Part shown: positions 30,307-40,490 of the stretch, piece after piece
Numbering within the stretch: position 1 is the first letter of the stretch
Layout of the letters: the number at the start of each line of letters is the position of its first letter
NCBI GenBank assembly: GCA_963806185.1
Contig: CAWDXE010000001.1
Coordinates: 1 to 64,000, forward strand
Reading direction: 5' to 3'
DNA: 64,000 bases
Origin: an uncultured candidate division Zixibacteria bacterium
GTDB lineage: Bacteria > Zixibacteria > MSB-5A5 > GN15 > FEB-12
Program-made: the position numbers and the translations under genes
Notes under the pieces: generated by a model
Told to the model about the DNA's origin: nothing
The model's input: only the letters and a program-made list of their open reading frames with translations
Databases searched by the model: none

Positions 30307-30870
30307 TCAGACGCCCGTGTATGCAACACTGCAGATAATATCACCGGTATACGCGCCGGACTTCTGGTTGACAGCCGGCACTACTCGACCGCCCAGGTAG
30401 ATCCGCGTTTCACCGCCGGGTCCCACGATCGTGGCTGCGGGAAGATTTCGCGGGTTTTGATCGATCCAACCCTTGGTGCCATTGAATGTCGCTGGTGTTG
30501 GAGCGGTGAGCGTCGTATCGATGTTGGCATCGGTGGTAGAAAACCAGATAATCAGCCGGTCCGAACCGTCAGCCAGAGCCATGTAATCCGGCAGCGTGAG
30601 ATAGATCGAAATTCCGGCGCTGGCGGCGCCGCTGATGAGAAACTGGCCGGACGAGTCATCGATGTTTTTTCCCATCATCTTGGCGACGCCCTGGAAGATG
30701 TTGCCGAAATCGAGATTATGGATGGCGGTCACGGCGAGCGAGGCCAGTACGTTGGCCGTTGCCTGCCCCACTGCCACGTCCTGACCGTTGGCCGTACTGT
30801 TCATACCGGCGAACACCAGTAGCAGCAGGAACGTGCCGATCGCGAAATTCTTCAGATGTTTAGCCAGCAT
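30307..30870 (-). CDS. DUF4402 pilin-like subunit
   Basis: QDVAVGQATANVLASL..LDFGNI..GGRVVPAVNQKSGAYTGDIICSVAY; GGAGG SD before ATG 30870. Confidence 0.8.
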   Translation of the reverse strand: MLAKHLKNFAIGTFLLLLVFAGMNSTANGQDVAVGQATANVLASLAVTAIHNLDFGNIFQGVAKMMGKNIDDSSGQFLISGAASAGISIYLTLPDYMALADGSDRLIIWFSTTDANIDTTLTAPTPATFNGTKGWIDQNPRNLPAATIVGPGGETRIYLGGRVVPAVNQKSGAYTGDIICSVAYTGV

Positions 30871-31030
30871 GATCCACCCCTCCAACAGCCCTCGAAAGCG
30901 GGCGCGAGTATTCATTCTCTACCGATGGGATCGTCGTTTGGAGTCAGCGCTGGAGTACTGGGTTGGTGAAAGGGTGAAGAGCGGAGGATATTGCTGTGAC
31001 CCTGCACAGCGAAACGGCAAAGTGCAATGC

Positions 31031-31498
31031 TCAGTTGCCGGTATAGTCGACGCGAACCTGTATTGAGCCGGAATAGCTGCCCGGTTTTTGACCAAGATTG
31101 GGGATGGCCGTCCCCCCCAGCCAGATGGTGAGGCCGGTAAAACCGAGCCGGTAGACATTCGGTTGCCAGGGATTGAGATCGTCATAGCCGGGATTGGACT
31201 GATTCGGCGTGGCCGACGAGTCCATGGCACAGTCGTTATCGGAAATCATGACCTGCATCGAGAATCCGCCCTGGTTGATATAGGTCGGCAGGATGAGAAA
31301 GGTGATTCGCACCTCGGCGCCGGCCGTACCGGTCACATGAAACTCTGCTGCTCCGCCGGGTGTCGTCTTGGAGACTACTTTCGGGATGCCGGGATATACA
31401 GCACCGAAGGACAGGTCGTTAATCTTGACAATGTCCTGGGCCAACGTCGAAGAGAAAAACAGGAGAAGTCCGAGCAGGATGAACGCTGAGAGTCGCAT
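31031..31498 (-). CDS. DUF4402 pilin-like subunit with short N-terminus
   Basis: QDIVKINDLSFGAV..WLGGTAIP..QKPGSYSGSIQVRVDY; lacks the ATA.V extension of its paralogs. Confidence 0.78.
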   Translation of the reverse strand: MRLSAFILLGLLLFFSSTLAQDIVKINDLSFGAVYPGIPKVVSKTTPGGAAEFHVTGTAGAEVRITFLILPTYINQGGFSMQVMISDNDCAMDSSATPNQSNPGYDDLNPWQPNVYRLGFTGLTIWLGGTAIPNLGQKPGSYSGSIQVRVDYTGN

Positions 31499-31835
31499 GG
31501 CAATCCTTTGCTAATGCGACATGTTACGTCACGGGCGCTCGGGAATCAATTAAAACTCACCCTCAGTCGCAGGTGGGGATCAGCGTGACGGTCGGCGAAG
31601 TGGAGTCAGACTGGACAACCATGAAACTCCCCGAATTCCCTGTCCAGCGGTATATCTCGAACGCCTCGGCGGTCAGTGGGAACTCTCTGCCAGGCCGCTG
31701 ACGCAAAATAGCGTGCACCAATAGCAGACACGAGACATACGTACAACTAATGCCGGCTGATTGCTGACATCGGTAACTTACTGCCTCGATCGCTGCCGTC
31801 AAGACACGATCAGTCTGAGATTCACCGGTGATTGG

Positions 31836-32366
31836 TCAACTTCCGGTATATGCGACCGTCAGCTGAATCTCCGCGGTATAGTCACCACCGGTCTGCGAGA
31901 TTCGCGGAAAGACCGTGCCACCAATCCAGACAACCATTTCGCCGCCCGGTCCAAGGCGTCGACTGGATGGCCCGTTGGGATCCAGAATCCCGGTGGGCGC
32001 TGTCTGCAGGTCGGTGCCATCGCTGTACGACGCGTCGCTGCTGACAAAGTCGATTCGCATGGTACCCAGGCTGTCGGCCGTGTACATCGTGTCCGGCAGA
32101 TTGAATTGAAGGGCGAGCTCGAGGTTGGCGGTTCCCGTCACGGTCCATTCACCGGCGAACCCGATGGTCGCTTTGTCGACCGACTTGTTCACGCCCGGCG
32201 TGACGGTACCAAACTGCAAGTTGTTGGTTCCGACGATCGACAGGCTCGAGACGACAGTGGCGGTGGCGAGAATGATTGCCCGCTCCTGTGCCCTAGGGGT
32301 CACAGGCAGAAGACAGATGATCGCCAGCACTGCCGCCAACAGGTATCGAAGTTTCTGATACACCAT
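31836..32366 (-). CDS. DUF4402 pilin-like subunit
   Basis: QERAIILATATVVSSL..LQFGTV..WIGGTV.P..QTGGDYTAEIQLTVAY. Confidence 0.8.
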   Translation of the reverse strand: MVYQKLRYLLAAVLAIICLLPVTPRAQERAIILATATVVSSLSIVGTNNLQFGTVTPGVNKSVDKATIGFAGEWTVTGTANLELALQFNLPDTMYTADSLGTMRIDFVSSDASYSDGTDLQTAPTGILDPNGPSSRRLGPGGEMVVWIGGTVFPRISQTGGDYTAEIQLTVAYTGS

Positions 32367-32410
32367 AATGGCTCCCAGTTACTGTTTCAGGTTTCTCCGA
32401 AAGACAGAAA

Positions 32411-32426
32411 TGCAAAGGGGATGCCG
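32411..32426 (-). promoter_or_regulatory. sigma54-type (-24/-12) promoter upstream of the first DUF4402 gene
   Basis: Minus strand CGGCAT-CCCCT-TTGCA: GG-N10-GC, about 45 nt before the ATG. Confidence 0.55.
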
Positions 32427-32572
32427 CCCATAGCGACACGATTAACCATCTGCCCACCAATTGGTTGCGTCGATAAGAGTCGTGTTGTAGACAGTGGATC
32501 ACTAAAGAAATAGGGGGCGCCGCCGATAGATTGGATAAGCAACTGTTCAAAAACCGAACAGTCGGAAGGATA

Positions 32573-34063
32573 ATGACAGTGACAATTGGATGGTCATATT
32601 GTCGACGTACCGCGCTAATCGCACTCGTATTGACGGGTTCGGTTTCAGCTCAGAGCGTGCTCTGGTCCTCGCACTACGGCGGGGTATACAACGAGGGTGG
32701 TTATGCGGTCGCGCCGAAAGCAGACGGCAGTTATTTCGCCTGCGGATCAACTTACTCCTACGGCTGGGGTGACTTTGACGTCTACCTGCTGAAGTTCAAC
32801 AACAACGGTGACACACTCTGGTGGCGCACGTACGGCGGAACCAAGGCGGATGTGGGACACGACGTTGTCGCCTTGGCTGACGGCGGTTGTATTTTAGTCG
32901 GAAGCACCTTCTCATACGGAAATGGCAAAGACGACATCTATGTGTTGCGTGTAGATTCCGCCGGACAGGCGATGTGGAGCAGAAGTTTCGGCGGCGCCGA
33001 GAGCGAAGAAGGATGGACAATTCGACCATGTGAGGACGGCGGATATATTGTCGGCGGATCGACCGCTTCAAGCGGAGCCGGGTACGGCGATATGTACCTG
33101 CTGCGCCTGAGTGACAACGGTGATTCGCTCTGGGCGAAAACTTTCGGCGGGGCGGGCGGCGAATTCGGATATGCCGCTCGACAGACACCCGATTCCGGCT
33201 TTGTCATTGTGGGGGTCACCGGGTCGTTTGGTGAAGGGTATAGCTCACTTTATGCAGCCAGGACCAACAAGAACGGCGACTCGCTCTGGGCGACCACTTT
33301 TGGCGGAAGCAAAGCGGACTATGGCCAATCGGTGGAAATCGCGGCCGACGGCGGCATACTTTTGCTGGGAGGGACAGCGTCGTTTGGACTTGGTTACTAT
33401 GACATGTACCTGGTGCGGCTGGCTCCCGATGGTCAATTTGAATGGGAGCGAACCTACGGCGGCGCCAAGGAAGATCGTGCCTATTCCCTCTGTGCGATGC
33501 GCGACGGCGGCAATCTGATTGCCGGTACGACTGAGTCGTTCGGATCCGGCGGCACCGATGTTTACTATGTGCGAACCGACCCCGACGGGAATCAACTCTG
33601 GTGGCGGACTCTTGGCGGAAGCCAGAACGATTACTGTCGCATGATCAGCAAAGCCGGCTCGGGGCAGATACTCGTGGCAGGATATACCTATTCATACTCG
33701 GCCGGCGGCTCCGATCTCTACCTCGCGGCACTGCAGGGTGACGACGCCACGCCGGTGGAGATTGATGATCCCTGGCATTTACCCGACGGTTTCGCGCTGG
33801 AGCAGAATTATCCGAACCCGTTCAACCTGACCACCACTATTCAGTTCAGCCTGCCGCAACGCGTGTCGGTGACGGTGAAGGTCTTCAACGTTCTGGGTCA
33901 AATGGTTTGGCAGAAAGACCTGGAACAAGTGAGCGCCGGTGTTCACTCAGTCGAGTGGGACGGACGGTTGCCGCTGGGCGGGATTGCCGCCTCGGGCATT
34001 TATTTCTATCAGATTAATGCAGGTGATCGCACGTTGTCGCGAAAGATGGCGGTCGTAAAGTAG
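32573..34063 (+). CDS. Secreted beta-propeller-repeat protein with FlgD-Ig/T9SS-like C-terminal domain
   Basis: About 50-aa repeats W.RTYGG...D.G..V....DGG...G.T.S.G.G..D.YL; tail LEQNYPNPFN..SGIYFY..RKMAVVK. Confidence 0.85.
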   Translation: MTVTIGWSYCRRTALIALVLTGSVSAQSVLWSSHYGGVYNEGGYAVAPKADGSYFACGSTYSYGWGDFDVYLLKFNNNGDTLWWRTYGGTKADVGHDVVALADGGCILVGSTFSYGNGKDDIYVLRVDSAGQAMWSRSFGGAESEEGWTIRPCEDGGYIVGGSTASSGAGYGDMYLLRLSDNGDSLWAKTFGGAGGEFGYAARQTPDSGFVIVGVTGSFGEGYSSLYAARTNKNGDSLWATTFGGSKADYGQSVEIAADGGILLLGGTASFGLGYYDMYLVRLAPDGQFEWERTYGGAKEDRAYSLCAMRDGGNLIAGTTESFGSGGTDVYYVRTDPDGNQLWWRTLGGSQNDYCRMISKAGSGQILVAGYTYSYSAGGSDLYLAALQGDDATPVEIDDPWHLPDGFALEQNYPNPFNLTTTIQFSLPQRVSVTVKVFNVLGQMVWQKDLEQVSAGVHSVEWDGRLPLGGIAASGIYFYQINAGDRTLSRKMAVVK

Positions 34064-34067
34064 CGGC

Positions 34068-35129
34068 TCAACAGATTCTCGGCAGCAATTCGCCGATCGG
34101 CATGTCGACTACCCGCCATCCGCCGAGTCCGGTACGCAATGAGACCAGACCGGCTTGTTCAGATTCGATTGACCCAATGATCGCAGCACGCCTCCCCAGC
34201 GGATGCGCCTGCATCGCCGCAAGCACCGCGGATGATTTCGACTTCTCCACTACTGCAATCAGTTTTCCTTCATTGGCGACATACAGGGGGTCGAAGCCGA
34301 GCATCTCACACGCGCCGCGAACCGCCGGTTGAACCGGGATGGCGGCCTCGTTGAGGACTATACCAACGCGCGCGGCCTGGGCGAATTCGTTGAGGGTTGC
34401 GGCGACTCCTCCCCTGGTCGGGTCGCGCATGGCGTGAACCCCGTCGCCGCCGGCCGCAATAATATCAGCCACCAGGCCATGCAACGCGGCGCAGTCGCTC
34501 TTAACCGTCGTTTCGAACGACATCCCCTCGCGGCAGGAAAGGATGGCGATGCCGTGATCGGCGATGGTGCCGTTGACGATGACCACGTCGCCGGGCCGAA
34601 TCTGCGCGACAGATATCGTATGAGGATGATCAATCCGCCCAATGCCGGCCGTATTGATGAACACCTTGTCCCCTTTGCCGCGATTGACCACCTTGGTGTC
34701 CCCCGTCACAATAGGCACGCCGGCGGCCGCAGCGGCTAAGCGCATCGTCTCAACCACAGTCTGCAACTGTGCGATCGGCAATCCTTCCTCAAGAATAAAG
34801 CCGCAGGAGAGAACGAGTGGGCGGGCGCCGCACATCGCCAGATCGTTGATCGTGCCATTGACGGCCAGATCGCCGATATTGCCACCCGGAAAGAAAATCG
34901 GATCGACAACGTAGGAATCGGTCGTGAAAGCCATCCGCACACCATTCACGTCGAAAACGGCCTGGTCGTTTTGATCGCGAAGAGCTGGATTGTCGAAGGC
35001 GTTGACAAACAATTGCGTGATCAGGTCGTGCATCATCTTGCCGCCGCTGCCATGACTCATCTGAATGGTTTCGTGCGTCGACAGTGGCATCGGACAGTTG
35101 CCGAAGATCAATTCGCGGTCGTCGTCCAT
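34068..35129 (-). CDS. hypE: [NiFe]-hydrogenase maturation protein HypE
   Basis: HGSGG, TTDSYVV, GDTKVV, MRDPTRGG, ANEGK, C-terminal PRIC. Confidence 0.97.
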   Translation of the reverse strand: MDDDRELIFGNCPMPLSTHETIQMSHGSGGKMMHDLITQLFVNAFDNPALRDQNDQAVFDVNGVRMAFTTDSYVVDPIFFPGGNIGDLAVNGTINDLAMCGARPLVLSCGFILEEGLPIAQLQTVVETMRLAAAAAGVPIVTGDTKVVNRGKGDKVFINTAGIGRIDHPHTISVAQIRPGDVVIVNGTIADHGIAILSCREGMSFETTVKSDCAALHGLVADIIAAGGDGVHAMRDPTRGGVAATLNEFAQAARVGIVLNEAAIPVQPAVRGACEMLGFDPLYVANEGKLIAVVEKSKSSAVLAAMQAHPLGRRAAIIGSIESEQAGLVSLRTGLGGWRVVDMPIGELLPRIC

Positions 35130-35130
35130 A

Positions 35131-36243
35131 TCACGTGCTTTCCGTTGGCAGTTGGCGGCGATGTCGATGATAGGTATAGTAGGCGGCGCACGCCCCTTCC
35201 GACGATACCATAGTGGCGCCGAGCGGCGTCTGCGGCGTACAACGCACGCCGAAGGCGGCGCATTCGATCGGTTTTTTCAATCCCTGCAGTACCAATCCGG
35301 TAATACACTCCGGCGGTTCCTCCGCGTGGATATCTCCAGTCGCAAACCGGCGTTCGGCGTCAAAAGCTGCATACTCGTCGCGCAGGCTCAGACCGCTCAT
35401 AGGAATGTTACCAATGCCCCGCCACTTGCGATCGCACGACTCATATACTTTGTGTACCGCCGCCTGAGCCGCGGGGTTTCCTTCTCTCGTGACCACGCGA
35501 GGATACTGGTTCTCGACTCCTGCCGTGCCGGATTCAAGCTGCCTGATCACACCAAGGATGCCGGCGAGAATATCGATCGGCTCGAAGCCGGTTACCACCA
35601 TCGGTGTTTTCATCTCACTGGCCAGCGGCTCGTAATCCTTCCACCCCACAATAGAGCATACATGCCCGGCCAGAAGATACCCATTGACGCGGTTCAGCGG
35701 CGATCTGGCCAGCGTGCGCAAGGCCGGCGGCACCAATACGTGTGCGACGAGGACAGAGAAATTGGTCAGCGCCTCGCGCTCGGCCTGAAGCACGGCCATA
35801 GCCGAGTGTGGTGTAGTCGTCTCAAAGCCGACGGCGAAGAAGACGACCTGCCGGGTGGGATTGTCGCGAGCTATCGCTAACGCATCGAGCGGTGACAAAA
35901 CCACGCGAACATCTCCCCCCTTTGACCGCACGCCAAACAGATCACCGTGCGAACCGGGGACCCGCAGCATATCGCCAAACGATGTGAAAGTGACATCCGG
36001 ACGAGCCGCAATGGCCAATCCTTTATCGATCATCTCCAGCGATGTCACGCAGACGGGGCATCCGGGACCGTGCACCAGTTCGACGCCGCGAGGAAGCAGC
36101 TGGTCAATCCCATTTCGCACGATGGAGTGCGTCTGGCCACCGCAAATTTCCATGATTACCCATGGACGAGTAGTCGCCTTATGAATTTCGTCGAGAATTT
36201 TGCGCGCCAACACCGGGTCGCGGAATTCGTCGAGATACTTCAC
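35131..36243 (-). CDS. hypD: Hydrogenase maturation protein HypD
   Basis: [36 protein letters not shown]. Confidence 0.97.
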   Translation of the reverse strand: MKYLDEFRDPVLARKILDEIHKATTRPWVIMEICGGQTHSIVRNGIDQLLPRGVELVHGPGCPVCVTSLEMIDKGLAIAARPDVTFTSFGDMLRVPGSHGDLFGVRSKGGDVRVVLSPLDALAIARDNPTRQVVFFAVGFETTTPHSAMAVLQAEREALTNFSVLVAHVLVPPALRTLARSPLNRVNGYLLAGHVCSIVGWKDYEPLASEMKTPMVVTGFEPIDILAGILGVIRQLESGTAGVENQYPRVVTREGNPAAQAAVHKVYESCDRKWRGIGNIPMSGLSLRDEYAAFDAERRFATGDIHAEEPPECITGLVLQGLKKPIECAAFGVRCTPQTPLGATMVSSEGACAAYYTYHRHRRQLPTEST

Positions 36244-36488
36244 TCTGACTCCTCATTCTCCTCGACCGCCCGATACTCACGCCATACCTCAAGGGTGCGT
36301 TGCGCCTCGACTTCGTCGAGCAGACTAATGGCAAAGCCGGCATGCACAATGACATACTGCCCGATCTTCGCTTCGGGCACATAGACAAGGCAAGCGGTGG
36401 TGACTGTGCCGTCGAAGTCCACCCGGCCCATGGGCGCGCCGTTCTCCTCCAGCAGCTCTATCACTTTTCCAGGTATCGCCAGACACAT
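36240..36488 (-). CDS. hypC: Hydrogenase maturation chaperone HypC
   Basis: MCLAIPG start; [10 protein letters not shown]. Confidence 0.95.
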   Translation of the reverse strand: MCLAIPGKVIELLEENGAPMGRVDFDGTVTTACLVYVPEAKIGQYVIVHAGFAISLLDEVEAQRTLEVWREYRAVEENEESE

Positions 36489-36498
36489 ACGTAGTTCT

Positions 36499-38793
36499 CT
36501 AACCTTTCCATTGGGCGTCGGCAATGACCGCCTGCCCGAGCGCCAGCCCACCGTCGTTAGGTGGGACCTGACGAGCCAATAACACTTCAAATCGTTCGCG
36601 GTGCAAGCGTCTGCAAATCAACCGAGTCAGTATGGCATTGTGGAGGACACCGCCACCGAGAGCGACAACGGCTACGCCCGAGTGCGTGCGAGCCGCGATT
36701 GCAGCCGACACAAACAGGTCGGCTACCGCAGCGTGAAACCAACGGGCGATGTCGCCGCTTGAGTCGCCATTCATCCTCCGCGTTGCGACTGACCGGATAA
36801 TCGGCCGAATATCAAGAGCACCTCGCGCCGCGTCGACTTGCTCCGTATCGGTATCGCCCGACTCTGTTGCTGCCATTTCAAGTTCAATCGCCGCCTGTGC
36901 GTCGTACGTAATTTCAGTTCGCAACCCCAACATGGCCGACACACCGTCGAACAGCCGCCCGCAACTGGAAGTGCGCGGGCTATTTATATTGTGCGAAATC
37001 ATATCGACCAACATCCGGCGCTGCTCGATGGAGACTCCCGGCAGTAGTCTGGTTGCGACCGCATCATATTCCTCGCCGAAAGCGTGATGAAGATAGCTCA
37101 CGGCCATCCGCCATGGCGAGCGAATCGCCGCCGTCCCGCCCGGCATCGGCACCGGTTCGAGCCAGGCAAATCTATCGAAAGTGGCCGCGTCGCCGATCAG
37201 GACTTCCCCGCCCCAAATCGTCCCGTCACTGCCATACCCGGTCCCGTCCAGAATGATGCCAATAGCGCGGCCGGTTACACCATTGTCCCCCAGCACGCTT
37301 GCCAGGTGGGCATGGTGGTGTTGGATTCCGACCACCGGAAGTTCGGATTGCCCTCTTGCCCACTTAGTCGACAGGTATTCAGGATGCAGATCGCAGGCGA
37401 TCAAATCCGGCTGCACCTGCATAACTGATTGCAGGTGGGAGACCGACTGCACAAAGAACTTCAAGGCTGAGGGGTTGTCCAGATCACCGATATGCTGGCT
37501 GAGCACAACGGCGTCGCCTCGGCCGAGCCCGACGACACTCTTTAATTCACCCCCCACTGCCAGCACGCGATGCTTCAGCGGGATTCTGAGCATGACCGGA
37601 CGCGGCACGAAACCACGCGAGCGGCGAACAATTTGCGGGAATCCGTCGATCATCCGCACGACCGAATCGTCGCAGCGCTGGACGATGTCGCGATCGTGCA
37701 CCAGAATATAATCGGCCAGTGAAGACAGTCGGGCGAAGGCTTCATCGTTGTCGATGACAATTGGCTCTTCGGCGAAGTTGGCGGATGTCATCACGAGTGC
37801 GTCGAAGCTCCCGCGCAAAAGCAGGTGATGCAACGGCGAATAGGCCAGCATGAATCCGAGAAACTTCTGGGCAGGGGCGACCGATGGAGTAATGCTCGTT
37901 CCAGACAGGGCGCGAAGCAGGACAATCGGACGGCGCATGTCTGAAAGCAATTCGACTTCGGCGGGTGAGATATCACAATAGCGCCGCACCGCTTCTATCG
38001 ATTCAGCCATTAAGGCAAACGGCTTCTGCGCGCGTCCTTTGCGACGGCGCAATTCTGCGACCGCGGTATCGTTGAAGGGATCGACCGCGAGGTGAAACCC
38101 GCCGACGCCCTTGATCGCGACAATCCTCCCTGCCTTGAGGTGCGCGACTGTCTCCCGAATCGGATCATCCGATTCAACCGCCGTACCGTCAGACCGATGC
38201 AAGGTCAGGTGCGGACCGCAAGTCGGGCAGGCATTCGGCTGCGCATGAAACCGTCGATCCGCCGGATTATGATACTCCCGCTCGCATTCCGGGCAGAGCG
38301 AAAACCGGCACATCGAGGTGAACGGCCGATCGTACGGGATCCGGTTGACGATCGTATACCGCGGACCACAGTTGGTGCAATTGATAAACGGATAGCGGTG
38401 GCGGCGATTGTCGCGAGCAAACAACTCGGAGAGACAATCGTCACAGGTGGCGATGTCGGGTGGAATGAACGTGTCGGCCGAGTGCGAGTGATCGGAAGGA
38501 ATGATCGTAAACGAAGTACGGCCAGTCGGCGGAAGTTCCGCCGTGGTGAGCGACGTAATCTGCGCCAGCGGCGGTAGTTCTCGTTTCAACCGGGGCAAAA
38601 ACTGTTCAATGGAGCCGGTCTCCCCCTCCACGACAATGGTTACGCCGTCGCCGGCATTATGCACTGAACCGGCGAGTGCCAGTTCGGTGGCCAGACGATA
38701 AACAAAGGGCCGGAAACCCACCCCCTGGACAGTGCCACGCACCACGAATTGACGGCAAATTCGACTGCCGACTGTCGTCCGGTCATCAGACAT
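36499..38793 (-). CDS. hypF: Carbamoyltransferase HypF
   Basis: VQGVGFRP, CDDC..CTNCGPRY, FHAQPNACPTCGP, QHHHAH, DGTGYG, PPNDGG. Confidence 0.97.
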   Translation of the reverse strand: MSDDRTTVGSRICRQFVVRGTVQGVGFRPFVYRLATELALAGSVHNAGDGVTIVVEGETGSIEQFLPRLKRELPPLAQITSLTTAELPPTGRTSFTIIPSDHSHSADTFIPPDIATCDDCLSELFARDNRRHRYPFINCTNCGPRYTIVNRIPYDRPFTSMCRFSLCPECEREYHNPADRRFHAQPNACPTCGPHLTLHRSDGTAVESDDPIRETVAHLKAGRIVAIKGVGGFHLAVDPFNDTAVAELRRRKGRAQKPFALMAESIEAVRRYCDISPAEVELLSDMRRPIVLLRALSGTSITPSVAPAQKFLGFMLAYSPLHHLLLRGSFDALVMTSANFAEEPIVIDNDEAFARLSSLADYILVHDRDIVQRCDDSVVRMIDGFPQIVRRSRGFVPRPVMLRIPLKHRVLAVGGELKSVVGLGRGDAVVLSQHIGDLDNPSALKFFVQSVSHLQSVMQVQPDLIACDLHPEYLSTKWARGQSELPVVGIQHHHAHLASVLGDNGVTGRAIGIILDGTGYGSDGTIWGGEVLIGDAATFDRFAWLEPVPMPGGTAAIRSPWRMAVSYLHHAFGEEYDAVATRLLPGVSIEQRRMLVDMISHNINSPRTSSCGRLFDGVSAMLGLRTEITYDAQAAIELEMAATESGDTDTEQVDAARGALDIRPIIRSVATRRMNGDSSGDIARWFHAAVADLFVSAAIAARTHSGVAVVALGGGVLHNAILTRLICRRLHRERFEVLLARQVPPNDGGLALGQAVIADAQWKG

Positions 38794-38799
38794 AGTGCT

Positions 38800-39483
38800 T
38801 TACGTTGCCGTTACCTGCCCTGCTTTTTTTGCGGCAATCCGATGCTCCAGCCAGGCGTACCAGCTATCCAGGCCTTCACCGGTACGGCACGAAGTCTGGA
38901 GGACGTCGATACTGCCATTGATCGACCGGGCGTTCGCGATGACGCGATTGATATCAAAATCGCAGTAGGGAGCCAGATCGGTCTTATTGATCACCATGAG
39001 CGATGACCGGCGAAACATGCCGGGATATTTCAACGGTTTGTCGTCGCCTTCCGTCACACTGATGATCACAACTTTCGCATCTTCACCCAGATCATAGCTT
39101 GACGGGCAGACGAGATTACCGACATTTTCGATAAACAGCACATCGAGATCGGCGAAGCGCATATCCGCCGTAACGGCGGTCACCATGCGAGCGTCGAGAT
39201 GACAGGCACCCCTCGTGATGATCGGGTAGACCACCTTTCCCCCGGCTCTGATCAGCCTCTGAGCATCGTTATCAGTCTGAACGTCGCCGGCAATCAACGC
39301 CAATTTGAATTTATCATTGAGCGCGCGCAAAGTGTGCTCCAGCAGGCTTGTCTTTCCGGATCCCGGAGAGCTGACCAGATTGAGCGAAACGGTTCGTGCG
39401 GCCGCGAGGATTTGCCGTAACTCGCCGGCCAGACGATCATTTTCCGAGAGGACTTTCTCCTGGACGGTAACCTTCTCCGTCAT
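38800..39483 (-). CDS. hypB: Nickel GTPase HypB
   Basis: SSPGSGKT, CHLDA, ENVGNLVCP, EGDDKPLKYP, NKTD. Confidence 0.97.
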   Translation of the reverse strand: MTEKVTVQEKVLSENDRLAGELRQILAAARTVSLNLVSSPGSGKTSLLEHTLRALNDKFKLALIAGDVQTDNDAQRLIRAGGKVVYPIITRGACHLDARMVTAVTADMRFADLDVLFIENVGNLVCPSSYDLGEDAKVVIISVTEGDDKPLKYPGMFRRSSLMVINKTDLAPYCDFDINRVIANARSINGSIDVLQTSCRTGEGLDSWYAWLEHRIAAKKAGQVTAT

Positions 39484-39878
39484 GTATTCTCCTTGTTGTC
39501 ACAGGCATCCTCAGCGGCATGACCCGACACGGACGAGTCGTCAATTTCCAACCAGGCGATGTCGAGTTCAAGGCCACTGGTGATATTCAGATCGGTCGAC
39601 GAGCAATTCGGGCAGGTGAATCGAAAGTCTGCAACTTCCACGGAGGACCCACAACTCCGACAGATGCCGGCGATCGGGACCCGCTCGATAGCGAGACGGC
39701 TGCCTGCCAGAGGCGAATCGAGAATGGCATTGGCGAAGCCGAATTCGAGCGCCTCGGTGACGACGTCGGTCAGGTTGCCAATCCTCAGGCCAACCGTTAT
39801 GATGCGGCCAAGGTGATCGGCTTGCTGCTTTTTCAGTACCGCATCTATTATATTCTCGGCGATAGCCAGTTCGTGCAC
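39480..39878 (-). CDS. hypA: Nickel metallochaperone HypA
   Basis: MHELAIA; CRSC..CPNC; SGLEL. Confidence 0.95.
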   Translation of the reverse strand: MHELAIAENIIDAVLKKQQADHLGRIITVGLRIGNLTDVVTEALEFGFANAILDSPLAGSRLAIERVPIAGICRSCGSSVEVADFRFTCPNCSSTDLNITSGLELDIAWLEIDDSSVSGHAAEDACDNKENT

Positions 39879-40009
39879 GGCGAATTCATTGCCCCTTTCG
39901 GCCTAATATACTCTCAATTTCAAGGGTCGGAGAGCAAAAGGATGACACCATATCCCTGTATGTATTAACAATATAGACCACAACAAGTTGCTTGAATTGG
40001 AGGGCAGCC

Positions 40010-40486
40010 GTGATTAGTGATCCCCGGAATCTGAAATCATTGTACGCCTACAACACGTGGGCCAATCGTGAGCTACTGTCGTTCTTCCGGAAGGAGCCGC
40101 TCTTACCGCAGAGATCACAGAATCTGTTTAGTCATATCCTGAGCGCCGAGCGACTCTGGTTGGACCGGCTGCACGGGCGCCGGCAATCGTTGGCGGTCTG
40201 GCCGATCCTGACCATTGACCAGATGGGATCACTGCTCGAGGAAGTGGCCAGTCAGTGGGTGGAGGTGCTGGACGACGACTGGCGCTTGCGCGAGAATCTT
40301 CCGGTCAGTTATACAAACTCAAAGGGCGAATCCTTTCAGAGTCGCCCTTGGGAAATTCTCACCCATGTGCCGCTACACAGCACGTATCATCGCGGCCAGA
40401 TTGCGACTGACCTGCGCGCGGCAGGGATCACTCCTCCCTACACCGATTACATCCACGCCGTGCGAACACGCGCGTTCGACGAGTAA
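40010..40486 (+). CDS. DinB family protein
   Basis: YNTWAN, HILSAE.LW, H..YHRGQI, DY motifs. Confidence 0.85.
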   Translation: MISDPRNLKSLYAYNTWANRELLSFFRKEPLLPQRSQNLFSHILSAERLWLDRLHGRRQSLAVWPILTIDQMGSLLEEVASQWVEVLDDDWRLRENLPVSYTNSKGESFQSRPWEILTHVPLHSTYHRGQIATDLRAAGITPPYTDYIHAVRTRAFDE

Positions 40487-40490
40487 TTTG

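Noticed and set aside
30205..31760. CCGGCA..TTG motifs upstream of two pilin genes as sigma54 promoters
   Set aside because: Spacing is GG-N8, not GG-N10.
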